A DNA stretch of 64,000 nt, from assembly GCF_006345805.1 (NCBI RefSeq), contig NC_043002.1, positions 57,784,001 to 57,848,000 of the forward strand, written 5' to 3'. Positions within the stretch are counted from its first letter, which is position 1, and every line of letters begins with the position of its first letter. Below, piece after piece: positions 41,910 through 54,384 of the stretch. This DNA comes from Octopus sinensis (taxonomy: Eukaryota). The translations under genes were made by a program, and so were the position numbers. Below the pieces are notes generated by a model. It was not told the DNA's origin and made no database searches. It was given only the letters and a program-made list of their open reading frames with translations.

Positions 41910-41952
<43 letters not shown>

Positions 41953-42199
41953 AATATATATATCAGACAAGCTTTTTTCATTTTCCGTCTACCAAATCTA
42001 CTCACTATGTTTTGGTCGGCCCGATCTATAGTCGAAGACACTTGCCCACGGTTTCCCGCAGTGGGACTGAACTCGAAACCATGTGGTTGGTCAGCAAGCA
42101 ACTTACCACAGTCTGCATACGTATTTTTCTGAACTTTTTTAACTTTCTGGACTTTTATACTCCGTACGTTATTACTTTTCCTTTCTCTTTCCTTTTTTA

Positions 42200-42440
42200 C
42201 TTCTTTCTCATTTTCTTCTTTTTCCTTCTCTTCCCCCGATTTTTCTCTTTGTTATTTCTTTTTCTTTTTAATCTACAAGATTTTTTCTTTCTCTCATGGT
42301 TTATTTTCTCTTATTCTTTTCTGTTGAAGAGCGTAGGCTCGAAACACCAAAGACTTTTTCATTTTCTCGAGTGTCAAACTTATACACTTGTTTCTTGTTC
42401 ATACTCCTGCCTTCGTCTTCTTTCTATAAATTCAAACTAT
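42200..42440 (+). mobile_element. Solo Penelope pLTR 3' end with decayed U6-variant HHR (42317-42352)
   Basis: tttt CTGTTGA a gagc gtag gctc GAAAC accaaag; helix III mutated. Confidence 0.6.
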
Positions 42441-42454
42441 ATACATACACACAG

Positions 42455-42492
<38 letters not shown>

Positions 42493-42649
42493 TGTTGCAT
42501 TTAGGGATGGTAATTTTACTTATTATTATTATTATTATTATTAATAGTAGTAGTAGTAGTAGCATTACCAAATAAACACGCACTATATATATATACATTC
42601 TTCAGTCGTTTAAAACTGTTCGTATCTTATTATTTTATCGCCTGTCCTT

Positions 42650-42694
42650 TGTCCGGAAATCTTTCGTCACACATCTGTGACCTCTTCAGCGACA
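42650..42694 (-). ncRNA. Minimal type I hammerhead ribozyme (UUC site)
   Basis: Minus strand tgtcg CTGAAGA g GTCACA gatg TGTGAC GAAA GATTT C cggaca. Confidence 0.7.
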
Positions 42695-42752
42695 CGTTTT
42701 GTTTCTGTGTGTTCTTACTCCACTTACACCATTCTCACATGGAAACGAAAAG

Positions 42753-42797
42753 TATCGCTGAAGAGGTGACAGATGTGTGACGAAAGATTTCCGGATA
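42753..42797 (+). ncRNA. Minimal type I hammerhead ribozyme (UUC site; one helix II mismatch)
   Basis: tatcg CTGAAGA g GTGACA gatg TGTGAC GAAA GATTT C cggata. Confidence 0.65.
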
Positions 42798-43189
42798 ATG
42801 GTCAGGTGTTTAAATAAAAAAAAGTAATAAAATAACAATGATAAGCGAGTAAAGAAAAAATATAATGCGTGTGTTTATTTGGCAAAATAAATAAATAAAG
42901 AAAGAAATAAAATGACCATCACGAAATACAACATTATCTGTTTCAACACACGATTTCACATTAGGACTCTTGCAAAACTAATTGAGAAACGTATGTACAC
43001 TGGTGAAAATAAATATCATGACCAATGATAAAAGTTCTATTCTTGTTGCTCATTTTTGCTGGTGCGGTTATGTCCCCGTCAATTAGCGGCAAGAGAGACC
43101 GATATAATAAATACTAGGCTTACAAAGAATAAGTTCTGGCCGCAGTCAAATGACTAAAACAAATAAAAGAAAAAAGTATATTGGTTTGG

Positions 43190-43510
43190 TGAAGGAGCGT
43201 GACCTAGTGGTTGGGCTTTGCACTGACGATCGCTAGGTAGTGGGATCGTTCCCCAGACCGCGTAGCGCATTGTGTTCTTGAGCAAGTCACTTCATTTAAG
43301 GTCACTCAAGTCCACTCAGCTGTAAATGTGCAACTCTGCAATCGAATAAACCTTCCGATCAGGGGGGAATATCCTGTTCGCCTAACGAGCATGATGGCAT
43401 CATTCGAAAGATAAAACAATGCGAAGCGCATTGTGACCAGCGATGTATAACAATTTCCGATAGTCTGATCGAGCACGTGACCAAGTGATATTACTTTTGA
43501 CGTTCTATGC
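43190..43510 (+). mobile_element. SINE family C
   Basis: tRNA-like head GACCTAGTGGTT...GGGATCGTTCCC, then CTTGAGCAAGTCACTTCATTT...CCACTCAGCTGTAAATG. Confidence 0.7.
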
Positions 43511-43806
43511 ATGACCTCTGATCCGTATATTTCAAAATTATCGTTTCAATTGGCTTTCTAACAAATACGAACAAAATTTATTGCTTAGAATAAAAACATC
43601 TTGGTATAAAAAAAACATCTTTTGGCTTGTTACTTGCACAATAATTATGTAAGTTTTACACAGAGTGTTTCAACTAATAATCTAAGACCAGAGGAAGTTC
43701 AATAACTTATTCGTAGCCAGATGGAAAGAAGAAATTATGGAGATATGCCAAAGAACTTTTAATTAATAAAATTTTAGTGTCTGAAGTGAGAAAAACACAA
43801 TAAAAC

Positions 43807-44010
43807 CTGTGGTAGAATGACTTCATAAAACGGTGGCCATTGACTATAATCGCCAGTACTCGCTGCTGTAGGCAATGCATTTGGCAAAGAATATTCTACT
43901 TTAGTTGCTGTCATTGAAAAGCTCACAAGGACCGGATCAACGGTTCTGACCTTGCTAACTGAATGCATTAATATTATTTCTGATGCCGTTAATCTACCGG
44001 AAGGATTATC
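43807..44010 (-). CDS. Candidate exon (acceptor unresolved), ends phase 0
   Basis: About 70 open codons ...VEYSLPNALPTAASTGDYSQWPPFYEVILPQ|gtttta; an overlapping plus-strand frame is also open for about 90 codons, so the strand is uncertain. Confidence 0.25.
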
Positions 44011-44359
44011 CCAAGTGCACTTCCGTTATGTGGTCTGTTTGTTTTCACACTTAACCGACTATCACTACTGCCACAAAAGTCAAGTGGTTACATACGAGAA
44101 TCTACAACAACAACAACAACAACAGCAATAATATAAAAGCCACAAGTTTGTTGGGGATTTTCGGATCAACTTTGGAAATATCTGTAGTGTTGGCCGGATT
44201 TAATAACATTTTCGATTGTGTTGGATTGGAATTATGCCAAATAAAATCGCATGTCCGTATACTAAGTGTCTCTCAATATCTATCATTCAAGCTCCTTGAC
44301 TTACGTACAACATGTCTCTCCCTCCCTCTCTCCTCCTCCTCTTTCTTTGTCTCTCTTTC

Positions 44360-44459
44360 NNNNNNNNNNNNNNNNNNNNNNNNNNNNNNNNNNNNNNNNN
44401 NNNNNNNNNNNNNNNNNNNNNNNNNNNNNNNNNNNNNNNNNNNNNNNNNNNNNNNNNNN
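44360..44459. other. Assembly gap (100 N)
   Basis: Run of N between CT-rich and (GAA)n repeats. Confidence 1.
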
Positions 44460-45052
44460 GAAGAAGAAGAAGAAGAAGAAGAAGAAGAGAAGAATAAGAA
44501 GATGCTGATGAAAAACCTGCTTAAGATCTGCATAAGATTTGCATAAGAAATTAGAAATGTTTTTTTTCTTTTATTATTGTTGATTTATTTTTTGTTCTGA
44601 AGGTGTTGCTAAAAGAAAATAAAAAGGAATTATTGGGACTCAAATAAGTTACTTCATATTAAACTAAGATCAACAGAAAGAAAATAGAATAAAACATAAA
44701 AAATAATAACAATAACAACAACAAAACGACAACAATATCAACCACAAAACGCTAAGTTCTTCATACTATTGTTCCTCCATTTAGTATCTTTCAAAGTAAC
44801 GTTAATTTTTGCTTGAGAAGAATCTAGAATCAAACGGTTCTGTTATGAAAAGCGACATATTTCATTTTACAATTGATGCCATGCCAACTAAGAAAATAAA
44901 TTCGTCCATTTATTCTAAGACTATTAACTATAACCAATCTTTCTTCACGTCTGTTTATATTTATTATTTTTTTTCGTTACTTTTCTTTATCTTTTAAATA
45001 TTTCTCTTGTAATGGTTTCCATGCCAAACTTCTCAACTAAGCTGTTACGTAC

Positions 45053-45129
45053 CCCAACCCCATCCGCTAACTTCTTCATCAAATATTTTCATTGTCTTAG
45101 ACCATTCTATGCATTTGTCTTCATTATGT
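45053..45129 (-). CDS. Candidate exon (77 nt, phase 2 to 1)
   Basis: Acceptor tttttctttaataatataatatcgtag|, donor G|gtacgt; single open frame HNEDKCIEWSKTMKIFDEEVSGWGW. Confidence 0.3.
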
Positions 45130-45157
45130 CTACGATATTATATTATTAAAGAAAAAC

Positions 45158-45189
<32 letters not shown>

Positions 45190-45244
45190 TATAATATAAT
45201 AATAATAATAATAATGATTATTATTATTATTATATTATGTTGTT

Positions 45245-45276
<32 letters not shown>

Positions 45277-45328
45277 GTATTATTATATTATTATTATTAT
45301 TATTATTATTATTTTATTATTATTATTA

Positions 45329-45840
45329 AGTGAGAGAGCAGTGCTGCATCAAAGTGACACTGGGGTAAATATGCGAAGCCCAATATACCCATCATGACTA
45401 CCCGTCTGATAAGGGTATACCAGGTACATGCATCACAACCATATGTACACAACATGGTGATCTCATATCAAGATAAACAGCACATAACCTTGCAGGTGGG
45501 GCCCAGTTAGAATTTTCTTCTGGTCGAGTAGCCCGTGCCGCTCAAAAGGTCCCTGAATAAGGATTGTTTAAAGATGTTGAACGAACCAAAGGTGTTTACA
45601 AAGGTGAATTATACAGACCTCTAAGAATTCCTTTCAACACACGGCTATGATGCTACCCCACTACTTCTGCTCATGATCAGAGATGCACATATCATCAGCC
45701 ACTAAGGGACATTCTCAACTGGTTAAGGTCAAACAATTGACAAGCAAATCTGTGGTATTGAGCAGAATATTTGCCCATCTTTTATACCAAGACAAAACAA
45801 TGTACATGATAACACTTCCAATCACATAAGATCAGAAACC
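45329..45840 (-). mobile_element. Second copy of the (AAT)n-associated ~555-bp element
   Basis: Reverse complement of 12020-12542, abutting (ATT)n at 45328. Confidence 0.8.
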
Positions 45841-45889
45841 ATTTGGTTGGGTAGAAATCTTCTTAGCACCGAGCCACTTCTGCACCTAT

Positions 45890-46050
45890 ATGCAGGCGTG
45901 GTTGTGTGGTAAGAGGCTTTCTTCCCAACCACATGGTTTCGCGTTCTGTCCACTGCGTAGGACCTTGGACAAGTGTCTTCTACTATAGCCTCGGGCCGAC
46001 CAAAGCCATGTGAGTGGATATGGTAGACGGAAACTGAAAGAAGCCCGTCG

Positions 46051-46102
<52 letters not shown>

Positions 46103-46290
46103 ATGTGTGTGTGTGTGTGTGTCTGTTTGTCCCCTCACCGTTGCTCGACAACCGATGCTGGTATGTTTACGTCTCTGTAACTTAGCAGTTTGGCAAAATG
46201 AAACGGATAGAAGAATTCTAAAGAATAAGTGCTAGGAACGATTTGTTCGACTAGACGCGATGCTCCAGCATCGTCGCAGTCAGATGAATG
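45890..46290 (+). mobile_element. SINE family A, near full length
   Basis: GGCGTGGTTGTGTGGTAAG head through tail GCAGTCAGATGAATGAAAC. Confidence 0.85.
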
Positions 46291-46331
46291 AAACACGTAA
46301 AAGAATGCACACACACATACATATACATATA

Positions 46332-46537
46332 CATCTCGTCATGATAGATCGTTAGCCACTACATACATTTTTTCTCTCCTTGTTTCTCTCCTTGTTTTTT
46401 CTGTGTCTCTTTCTGTAGAAGAGCGTAGGCTCGAAACGTAAAAGACTTTTTCTATTTCTGGGCGTTATAATAATACATCTGTTTGTTTTGTACACCACCT
46501 GTCTTAGTCTTTTGTTTTTTTTTTTCGTAAACTCTCC
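46332..46537 (+). mobile_element. Solo Penelope pLTR 3' end with U6-variant HHR (46408-46445), ending in (TA)n
   Basis: tcttt CTGTAGA a GAGC gtag GCTC GAAA CG T A aaaga. Confidence 0.72.
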
Positions 46538-46538
46538 G

Positions 46539-46630
<92 letters not shown>

Positions 46631-46852
46631 CCTGTATTTATGTACGTATGTACGTGTGTATGTATGTATAAAGATAAATCCGAATGCTCTAGTTTTTTCT
46701 TTGAATCTTTTCTTGATTCCTGTATATAAAAGTCTGGGTCTCTCTCAACAAAACGAATTTCTTCTTTTCTTATTTCATTACTTTTACCAACGACATATCT
46801 GAGTTTATCGCTTCCTTATATAATTTCCACACAGTACTGGCAGTGCTTTTAC

Positions 46853-46923
46853 GAGCTCAGTAATGGACTTAATAGGGTAGTTTCGTGTGAAGACCGGTAG
46901 ATATCCGGGAACCTATATGAACG
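46853..46923 (-). CDS. Candidate exon (phase 0 to 2; may extend to 47007)
   Basis: Acceptor atttattctcag|, donor TC|gtaaaa; RSYRFPDIYRSSHETTLLSPLLS; phase fits exon 45053-45129. Confidence 0.2.
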
Positions 46924-47260
46924 CTGAGAATAAATCTCTCGGTTAATGCCCCGACGTCCATTTCGTTGAGATTCCACATACAAATAAGTGATTAAAATGA
47001 ATGAAGACTTAAATAGAGAGGGAGAGAGAGAGGGGGGAGAGAGAGAGAGAGAGAGAGGAGAGAGAGGAGAGAGAGGGGAGAGAGAGGGGAGAGAGAGAGG
47101 GGAAGATAGAGATAGAGATAGAAAGAGAGCGAGGAAGAGAGAGCAAGCGGAGAGAGAAAGAGTAGGAGAAAGAAAGTGAACAATAGAGACTGTGGGGTAA
47201 TATTCTCATAGACTATATAAACAAGGGTCTCTCTCTCTCTCCTTCTCTCTCTTTCTGTCT

Positions 47261-47296
<36 letters not shown>

Positions 47297-47946
47297 CATA
47301 CGTATGTATAATGTCTATGTATATAAGAGCACATATGTACATGTATTTACATGTGTGTGTGGAGTGAGTGTTTGTGAGCATATATATTATATATATATAA
47401 TATATATATATAATATATATATAATATATATATACAATATATATATACATATATAGATAGATAGATAGATAGGTATGTATGCATGTATGTATACTGAATA
47501 TGGTAACGTAATGCTGTATGAAAAACTTTCCTTCCTGAAGAGTAGACGTTTCGTAAGGACAATCGAGACTCTCATACACGCAATGTTCCCCTCTTAATTT
47601 CATTAGAAACATAAAATATGACTAAATGCAGATGAGAGGACGAAACAAACGACCGTCTGAGAGAAGAATTAGCAGAAGAAAAATGGAATTTTTAAAATTA
47701 GATTTTCTATTTGAGTTCGAAGTTTTATCACAGATTTGATCTACGAAAAACGTATATCTTCTCCCATTTGAAATACTGAATCAAATAAAAGTGAATATTA
47801 TTTTACTAGTACGATCTTTCCCGCCTGTCACGGATAAATTTTGAACTATAATTTTGTCACCATGGGTAATATCAGGAAATATGGCCTACATACAATAATT
47901 AGAATTTAACTTTTGTAAGGTCTTTTGTGATTAAAATAATTATCAC

Positions 47947-48144
47947 TTGTTGTGTCTTGGGAGGGTCATTACACTAATAGCAACAAACACACGCACTGGT
48001 TCAATATTACTTCTTTCTTGTTTGTCAATTGGTAGAATATCTAACCAACTAAGTAATCGATCGTTTTCTAATGTATTATTTAAACAATCAATAGGTTGCT
48101 TGTTTATTATTATTGGCATAATGACACTGCCCAAGACACAACAA
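47947..48144. mobile_element. MITE-like element with ~25-bp TIRs
   Basis: 47947-47971 (ttgttgtgtcttgggagggtcatta) inverted to 48119-48144. Confidence 0.6.
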
Positions 48145-48455
48145 AATTTGCTTCAACACCTCAAGAATTTTGCAAGCCAAGTTCTAAAAGAAAAACCATC
48201 GTATCGATGTGCCATCGATACGATAATGAGTGAAAGTAATTAGAATAATACTTTAGAATAATTCGTGGGAAAATTTAATAAATTGTTTTCAGTAGATATG
48301 TTCTTATAATTAATCTTTTATCATTTGTTTGTCATTAGATTGCGGTCATGCTGGAGCACCGCCTTCAAGAATTTAATCAAAAGAATCGATTCCAGGACTT
48401 ATTCTTCTTTAAGCCTGGTACCTATTCTATTGGTCTGTGTGTGTATGCGTGTGTG

Positions 48456-48491
<36 letters not shown>

Positions 48492-48492
48492 T

Positions 48493-48525
<33 letters not shown>

Positions 48526-48529
48526 TTAG

Positions 48530-48850
48530 TGTATGATTACGGTGTCGGAATCACAATCGTGCGGTTGTAAGTATGATTCCTGGACCGAGATGTGTGTTGT
48601 ATCCTTGAGCAAGACACTTGGTTTCACGTTGCTCCAGTTCACTCAGCTTTAGAAATGAGTTGCGACGTCACTGGTGCCAAACTGCATCGGCCCCTTTGCC
48701 TTTCCCTTGGATAACAACGGTATCACAGAGAGAGGGGAGACAGAACTTCATGGGTAACTGTCTGTCTTCCACGAAGCAATCTCGTCCGCACTTGTGTCTT
48801 GGAGGAGAACTTTCTAGGGGCAATGCCATGGCTATTCGTAACCGAAGAAC
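48530..48850 (+). mobile_element. SINE family C
   Basis: CCTTGAGCAAGACACTTGGTTTCACGTTGCTCCAGTTCACTCAGC domain and tail homologous to 1250-1592. Confidence 0.75.
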
Positions 48851-48871
48851 GTGTAAGTAAAGTAAAAAAAA

Positions 48872-48906
<35 letters not shown>

Positions 48907-48921
48907 ATTTAGCTGGCGGAC

Positions 48922-48979
48922 TTTGGCTGATGAGAAATCACACGCTTAGCTGGCGCTAAATTTCGAAACCGGTACCGAG
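48922..48979 (+). ncRNA. Type I hammerhead ribozyme, intact core, palindromic helix III (GUA site)
   Basis: tttgg CTGATGA GAAAT cacacgcttagctggcgctaa ATTTC GAAA CCGGT A ccgag. Confidence 0.8.
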
Positions 48980-49282
48980 TTGACCAGCATTTATTTGTTC
49001 TGATCCATTTGAGGTAAGACATTATTATTCTTCACTGATATTTTTCCTATCTTATCTGTAACAGATTTGTGAATATTCGGTGGTACAGAAGTATTTTTTT
49101 ACTTCTATCATTAGCGATATAGGTACTCATGTAGTACCCTTGTGTATATATGTACATATCTAATATTGTACGTATATATTTTATTAATTTGCCTGTACGG
49201 CTAATAATTCGCTTACCACTTGTGATGGTATTTCAATAATATTTTAATAAAACCATCCCTATATTTATATATATATATATTG

Positions 49283-51411
49283 TTATCCCTCACCACGAAG
49301 GACTGCAGGCCCTTCGACACTTTCTTGACCTCCACTCCAACCCTGAACCTGACACCTCCACACTCATTCGTCTGGCCGAACTTGTCCTTACTCTGAACTG
49401 CTTCTCGTTCGCGGGCGAGTTCTACCATCAGGTCTCGGGAGTGGCCATGGGAACGCGAATGGGCCCCAACTATGCGAACCTGTTCGTTGGCTATGTTGAG
49501 GCCCAAATATTCTCTAATTTCACTGGTCCCACTCCTGAACTATATGGTCGTTACATTGACGACATTATCGGTGCCACCTCACTCTCCCGTGAACATCTAG
49601 ATTCCTTCCTCTCTTTCGTCCAATCTTTCCATCCAGCCTCCACTTCACTTCCACTATCTCCAACACCTCTGTCTCCTTCCTCGACATTTCGGTTAGCATT
49701 CTTCACTCCACTCTTACCACCTCCATTCACTACAAACACACAGACTCACACTCATACCTCAATTCTCTTCCTCCCACCCAGAACACACCAAGCTTTCCAT
49801 CCCCTATTCCCAATTCTCCGTCTACGTAGGCTCTGTAGTGACGACCATGACTTTGAGACTCAGTCTCAACGTATGGCTCACCACTTCACCCTACGTGGAT
49901 ACCCCCTCACAACTATCCACACCGCCCTTGCCAGAGCACGGTCCGTGGACCGTGTATCTGCTCTCTCTCCCCGAACCCGCCCTGTAGTCTCCCGCCTCCA
50001 TTTTCCCCTCACTTACCACCACGACCCTACCTCTCCAACGCACCATTCTTCGAGCTTTCCGTCATCTCCAGTCCGACCCGTCCACTTCACACCTCTTCCC
50101 TAACCGACCCTCCCCTCTTTCAAACGAGCCCACAACCTTCGAGACCTTTTGGTCCATAGCTCCTTCCCTGACCCTACCTCCCAACCCGGCTCGTTCCCAT
50201 TGCTCCCGCCCACGTTGCCGCACTTGCCCTTACCTCTCCAACACCACCCTCCTCACTAGCACCCATCACCGACCCTATCGCATCATCAACTCCTTCACCT
50301 GCACCTCCAGCAATATTATCTATTGCGTCTCTTGCTCTCTCTGCCATTCCTTGTACATCGGACAAACGGGACGCCGCTTGGCTGACCGGTTCACGGAACA
50401 CCTTCGTGACATCCACCTTGCAAACGACACACCGGTCTCACGCCATTTCCGCTCCACCGGTCACTCCTTGCAACACCTGTCTGTGTTCGGTTTGTCCTTA
50501 CACAGAGGCCATCCGGATTTCCGTTTGCGCCGTGAACAGGAATTAATCTTCTCTCTTCGCTCTTATACGCCATTTGGTCTCAACTCTCCCCCCCTCCTCA
50601 TATAACCCCCCTCTCCCCCTCCTCACCTACTTTTCCCCCCGACCCCTACTTCTCTTCAGTCCTTCATCCTTTCACCCCTACTCCCCTTCCCTTCTTCCCT
50701 CTTTCTCTCTCCCTCCTTCCTTCCTCCCTTCTTCCCTCTTTCTCCCTCCCTCCTTCCCTCTTCCCCTTCCCTCTGCTCCCTCACTCCCCTTCTTTCTCCC
50801 CCTCTCCCTCTTTCCTCCTTCCTCCTTCCTCCCCCCTCATTCCCTCTCCTCATCTCCCCCTCCTCTCATCCCCCTCCTCTCCTCCCCTCCCCTTCCCCCT
50901 CTTCTCCTCTCTCCACACTACACCACACGACTTTACACATCACATCATATATGATGTGCCATACTAATACATACACCAACTAATACATACTAATAATACT
51001 AATACATACTAATACATACTAATACATACTAATGCATACACCAACCCTATACATACACACGTCCAGACCTCTCATACGCACTAATACTCTCTCATACACA
51101 CACACACACACCCTTATGTTGGAGTAGGTCATTCAACCCTATTATCACCCCTAATTTCGCTCTCGCGTCTCATGTTTGATCTTTGACTTCTGGCCGAAAT
51201 CAGATCGCCATGTTGATTCGTTAGTTACTGCACGCATTTTTTCTCTCCTTCCTTCTGTGTTTTTTTTCTCTGTGTATCTTTCTGTTGAAGAGCGTAGGCT
51301 CGAAACGTTAAAGACTTGTTTTATTTATATTTCCTGAGCGCCATACTAATACAATTGTTTGTTTGTTTTCCACCTGCCTTCGTCTTTTGTCTATTATCAT
51401 AAAGCTTCCCG
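49283..51411 (+). mobile_element. 5'-truncated Penelope-like element (RT + GIY-YIG, disrupted) with 3' UTR and HHR-bearing pLTR
   Basis: GVAMGTRMGPNYANLFVG, YGRYIDD, CTSSNIIYC...LYIGQTGRRLADRFTEH...REQELIF...PFGLN (stop 50603-50605); polypyrimidine tract 50606-50915; 10-bp ACATACTAAT repeats about 50960-51040; ends at (TA)n. Confidence 0.9.
51277..51314 (+). ncRNA. Minimal HHR, U6 variant (GUU site), in the Penelope 3' pLTR
   Basis: tcttt CTGTTGA a GAGC gtag GCTC GAAA CG T T aaaga. Confidence 0.65.
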
Positions 51412-51439
<28 letters not shown>

Positions 51440-51447
<8 letters not shown>

Positions 51448-51626
51448 TCTTTTACTCTTTTACTTGTTTTACTTGTTTACTCTTTTACTTTACTGCGGTC
51501 ATGCTGGAGAACCGCATTTGGCCGTAACCGCTAAGTTACGGGGACTTAACCACACTAGCATCGGTTGTCAAGCGATGGTGGATGGACAAACATAGTCACT
51601 CAAATACATACATACATACATACATA

Positions 51627-51676
<50 letters not shown>

Positions 51677-51775
51677 GTTAACCCAAACAAGAAAATACAA
51701 AAAACACAACAACGCGAGGACGTGGAACAAATAAAGTATCATTGGACGCTCAGGAAAGAAGGGAAGAAGGAGAGA

Positions 51776-51831
<56 letters not shown>

Positions 51832-51995
51832 GTCGGGATTCTTTGAGTTCCAGTCTAGTAAATCCACTCACAAGGCTTTAGACGGCCCAAAGTTTCAGCA
51901 GAAAACACCTTCCATGGTGCCACACAGTGGAACTGAGCCCTGAACCATGTGGTTGGGAAGCAAGCTTCTTAACACACAGCCACACCTGTGCCTAT
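51440..51995 (-). mobile_element. SINE family A interrupted in its internal (TA)n by a pLTR fragment (51677-51777)
   Basis: Tail at 51440-51600, head at 51830-51995; the insert matches 59461-59555. Confidence 0.75.
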
Positions 51996-53260
51996 GTGAA
52001 TTATGTATTTATAAGTTAAAAGATAGTTATTAATGAAAAAAAGAATTATCAATGATTCATTGATGGGCCACCCGTGCTAAAAAGGACTGTTTTCGGAAGA
52101 AATATTACTAACCGAATCAGTTGGTTTCATGTATTTATTTTATCTGTAGCAAAATCCAAGAAAGTTCCTTTGTTTTCGTTAGTTTTGTATAATCATAAAA
52201 ACAGAAGGAAAAGCCACTGAAGTGAACTGACGGTTTGAACTTAAATCATTATATTCGTAAATATTTAAGTTCAAGCATTTAGTACGAAAATTATCTCCCC
52301 TTATCCATGAGAATCCCTAACAAGTGCCACTATATGTTGGGGGTTCTTGCGCTAAATAAGGAGCAAATGTCAATTTATTCGTTAAGCATTTTTAGTGGAC
52401 GCTGTTCTGTACATCACTACATCAGCATCATGCTCATCATCATGCTTACCATGTTTTGGGCCCTTAGACTCATAGAGCCTGTTACCTGGCTTCCATCGTG
52501 TGTAAGTGATTGAGATTATAGCATTTTCCTGGACGCAACGCCAGTCCGTTGCAGGGTTATTCATCTGGAGCTGAGTGACCTAGAAAAAACGTGAAATGAG
52601 GTGATTTGCTCAAAAACAAAATGCACCGAGAATCGAAACCACGATCTTGCAGTCGTGAGTGCTACACCCTGACCTCCCGCTTACGCACCTTCATTCACTA
52701 CTCCTTGTATTACATCAATCCGTACCATTTACCCACTGGAGTCATTTCCCTCACCTCATTATGTTATAACTTAATCCATTTATTTTATATTGGAGTGCTT
52801 TTGTGAGCAAGTGTACATCCAATCCTCTCTGCGTGCGTATCCGCTTGCATTTATCTACATGAACATATATGTGTGCATGCGTGTGTGTAAGTGTGCGTGT
52901 GTGTGTGTGTGTTTGTATATGTGTAGATATAACGACGCCATTGCGTAACCCGAGTAAGCATGTTGAGTGAGTTTGCGAACGTATGTATTGTTAGAGGAGA
53001 TCGGTTGTATTAACACATTAATATTACATGTTCATTACAAATACGTGTACAGTCCGCTGCTTCCTAACATTAGTCGGAGAACAAATTGATCCCACATTGC
53101 TCATATATGTATATGCATTTATCTCACCTCTCTCTCTCTCTCTCTCTCTCCCACCCTCTTTCTCTTTCTACCTCTGTCTCCCCTTACTCTCAACCTCTCT
53201 TTCTCAATATCTTAGTGTGCGTGTTTATCTATGTATGTGATTCTGTATATATATATATAT

Positions 53261-53339
<79 letters not shown>

Positions 53340-53775
53340 CATATATATATATACATATATATATACACAAACACGTGAACTCGCTTACACACATAACTAG
53401 ATACAGAGATATAGATATAGATTATATAAATGTATGTATATGAATATATGCATATGTGTACGTGCATATACACGCATGTATATATATATATATGCATTCA
53501 CATATGTGTGCACATGTATATATATATATGTGGTGTGTGTGTGTGTGTGTGTATGCATATATATATGTATATATATACATGCACATATATATCTGTGCAT
53601 ACACGTACACGCAAATACACACACACGGAGACAAACACACCCACACTCTCACATATAATATACAAATCGTGACTTCTCTTCTCAACCTGACTGTGGTAAA
53701 CTTTGACTCCTCACACGAGTGTTTATGTTAACATTTTATGCGTACTCTTTCTTCTTTCCTTCCTTCCTTACTTAC

Positions 53776-53807
<32 letters not shown>

Positions 53808-53946
53808 CCACCCTCTTTCTCTTTCTACCTCTGTCTCCCCTTACTCTCAACCTCTCTTTCTCAATATCTTAGTGTGCGTGTTTATCTATGTATGTGATTC
53901 TGTATATATATATATATATATATGCATTCACATATGTGTGCACATG

Positions 53947-53998
<52 letters not shown>

Positions 53999-54384
53999 TG
54001 TGTGTGTACCTGTGAGCATGTACGTGTGTGCATTTGTGTATGCGTGTGTCACTGCGTTCAAAACCTAATGTAACAGAAAGAAACTCTGAGAGAATTGTAA
54101 TCGTTATTTTTTTTATTTATTCATCATTATAATTTTTTGTTACGTAATATGACAAAGAACTAAACTCGTGCCTTCTGTGCATTCATCGTGTTACGTCCTC
54201 AAAATATTGACAAAATCTTGAAAAAAATATCTGGAAAATATCTTTAAAACCTCGCTCGAACACACTGATCAATGGATCAATGTAAAAATAAGAATATTAT
54301 CCTTCATGCATCATTTTAAACCTTTAGAATTCTGTTATGTTGTTTCTGTGTGGCTCTCTAGAATTCTCACAGAAAGGGAGTATC

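Larger units (their letters stand above)
42569..42885. mobile_element. Palindromic element with two divergent hammerhead ribozymes
   Basis: Arms about 42569-42694 and 42753-42885 are imperfect reverse complements, each containing an HHR. Confidence 0.7.

Noticed and set aside
41770-41920. HDV-like ribozyme suggested by TTCACGG on the minus strand
   Set aside because: P3 and P1 helices could not be paired.
47943-48243. Overlapping 63-aa and 98-aa ORFs as exons
   Set aside because: Segment is bounded by 25-bp TIRs (MITE-like), and the strongest acceptor does not lead into the long open frame.
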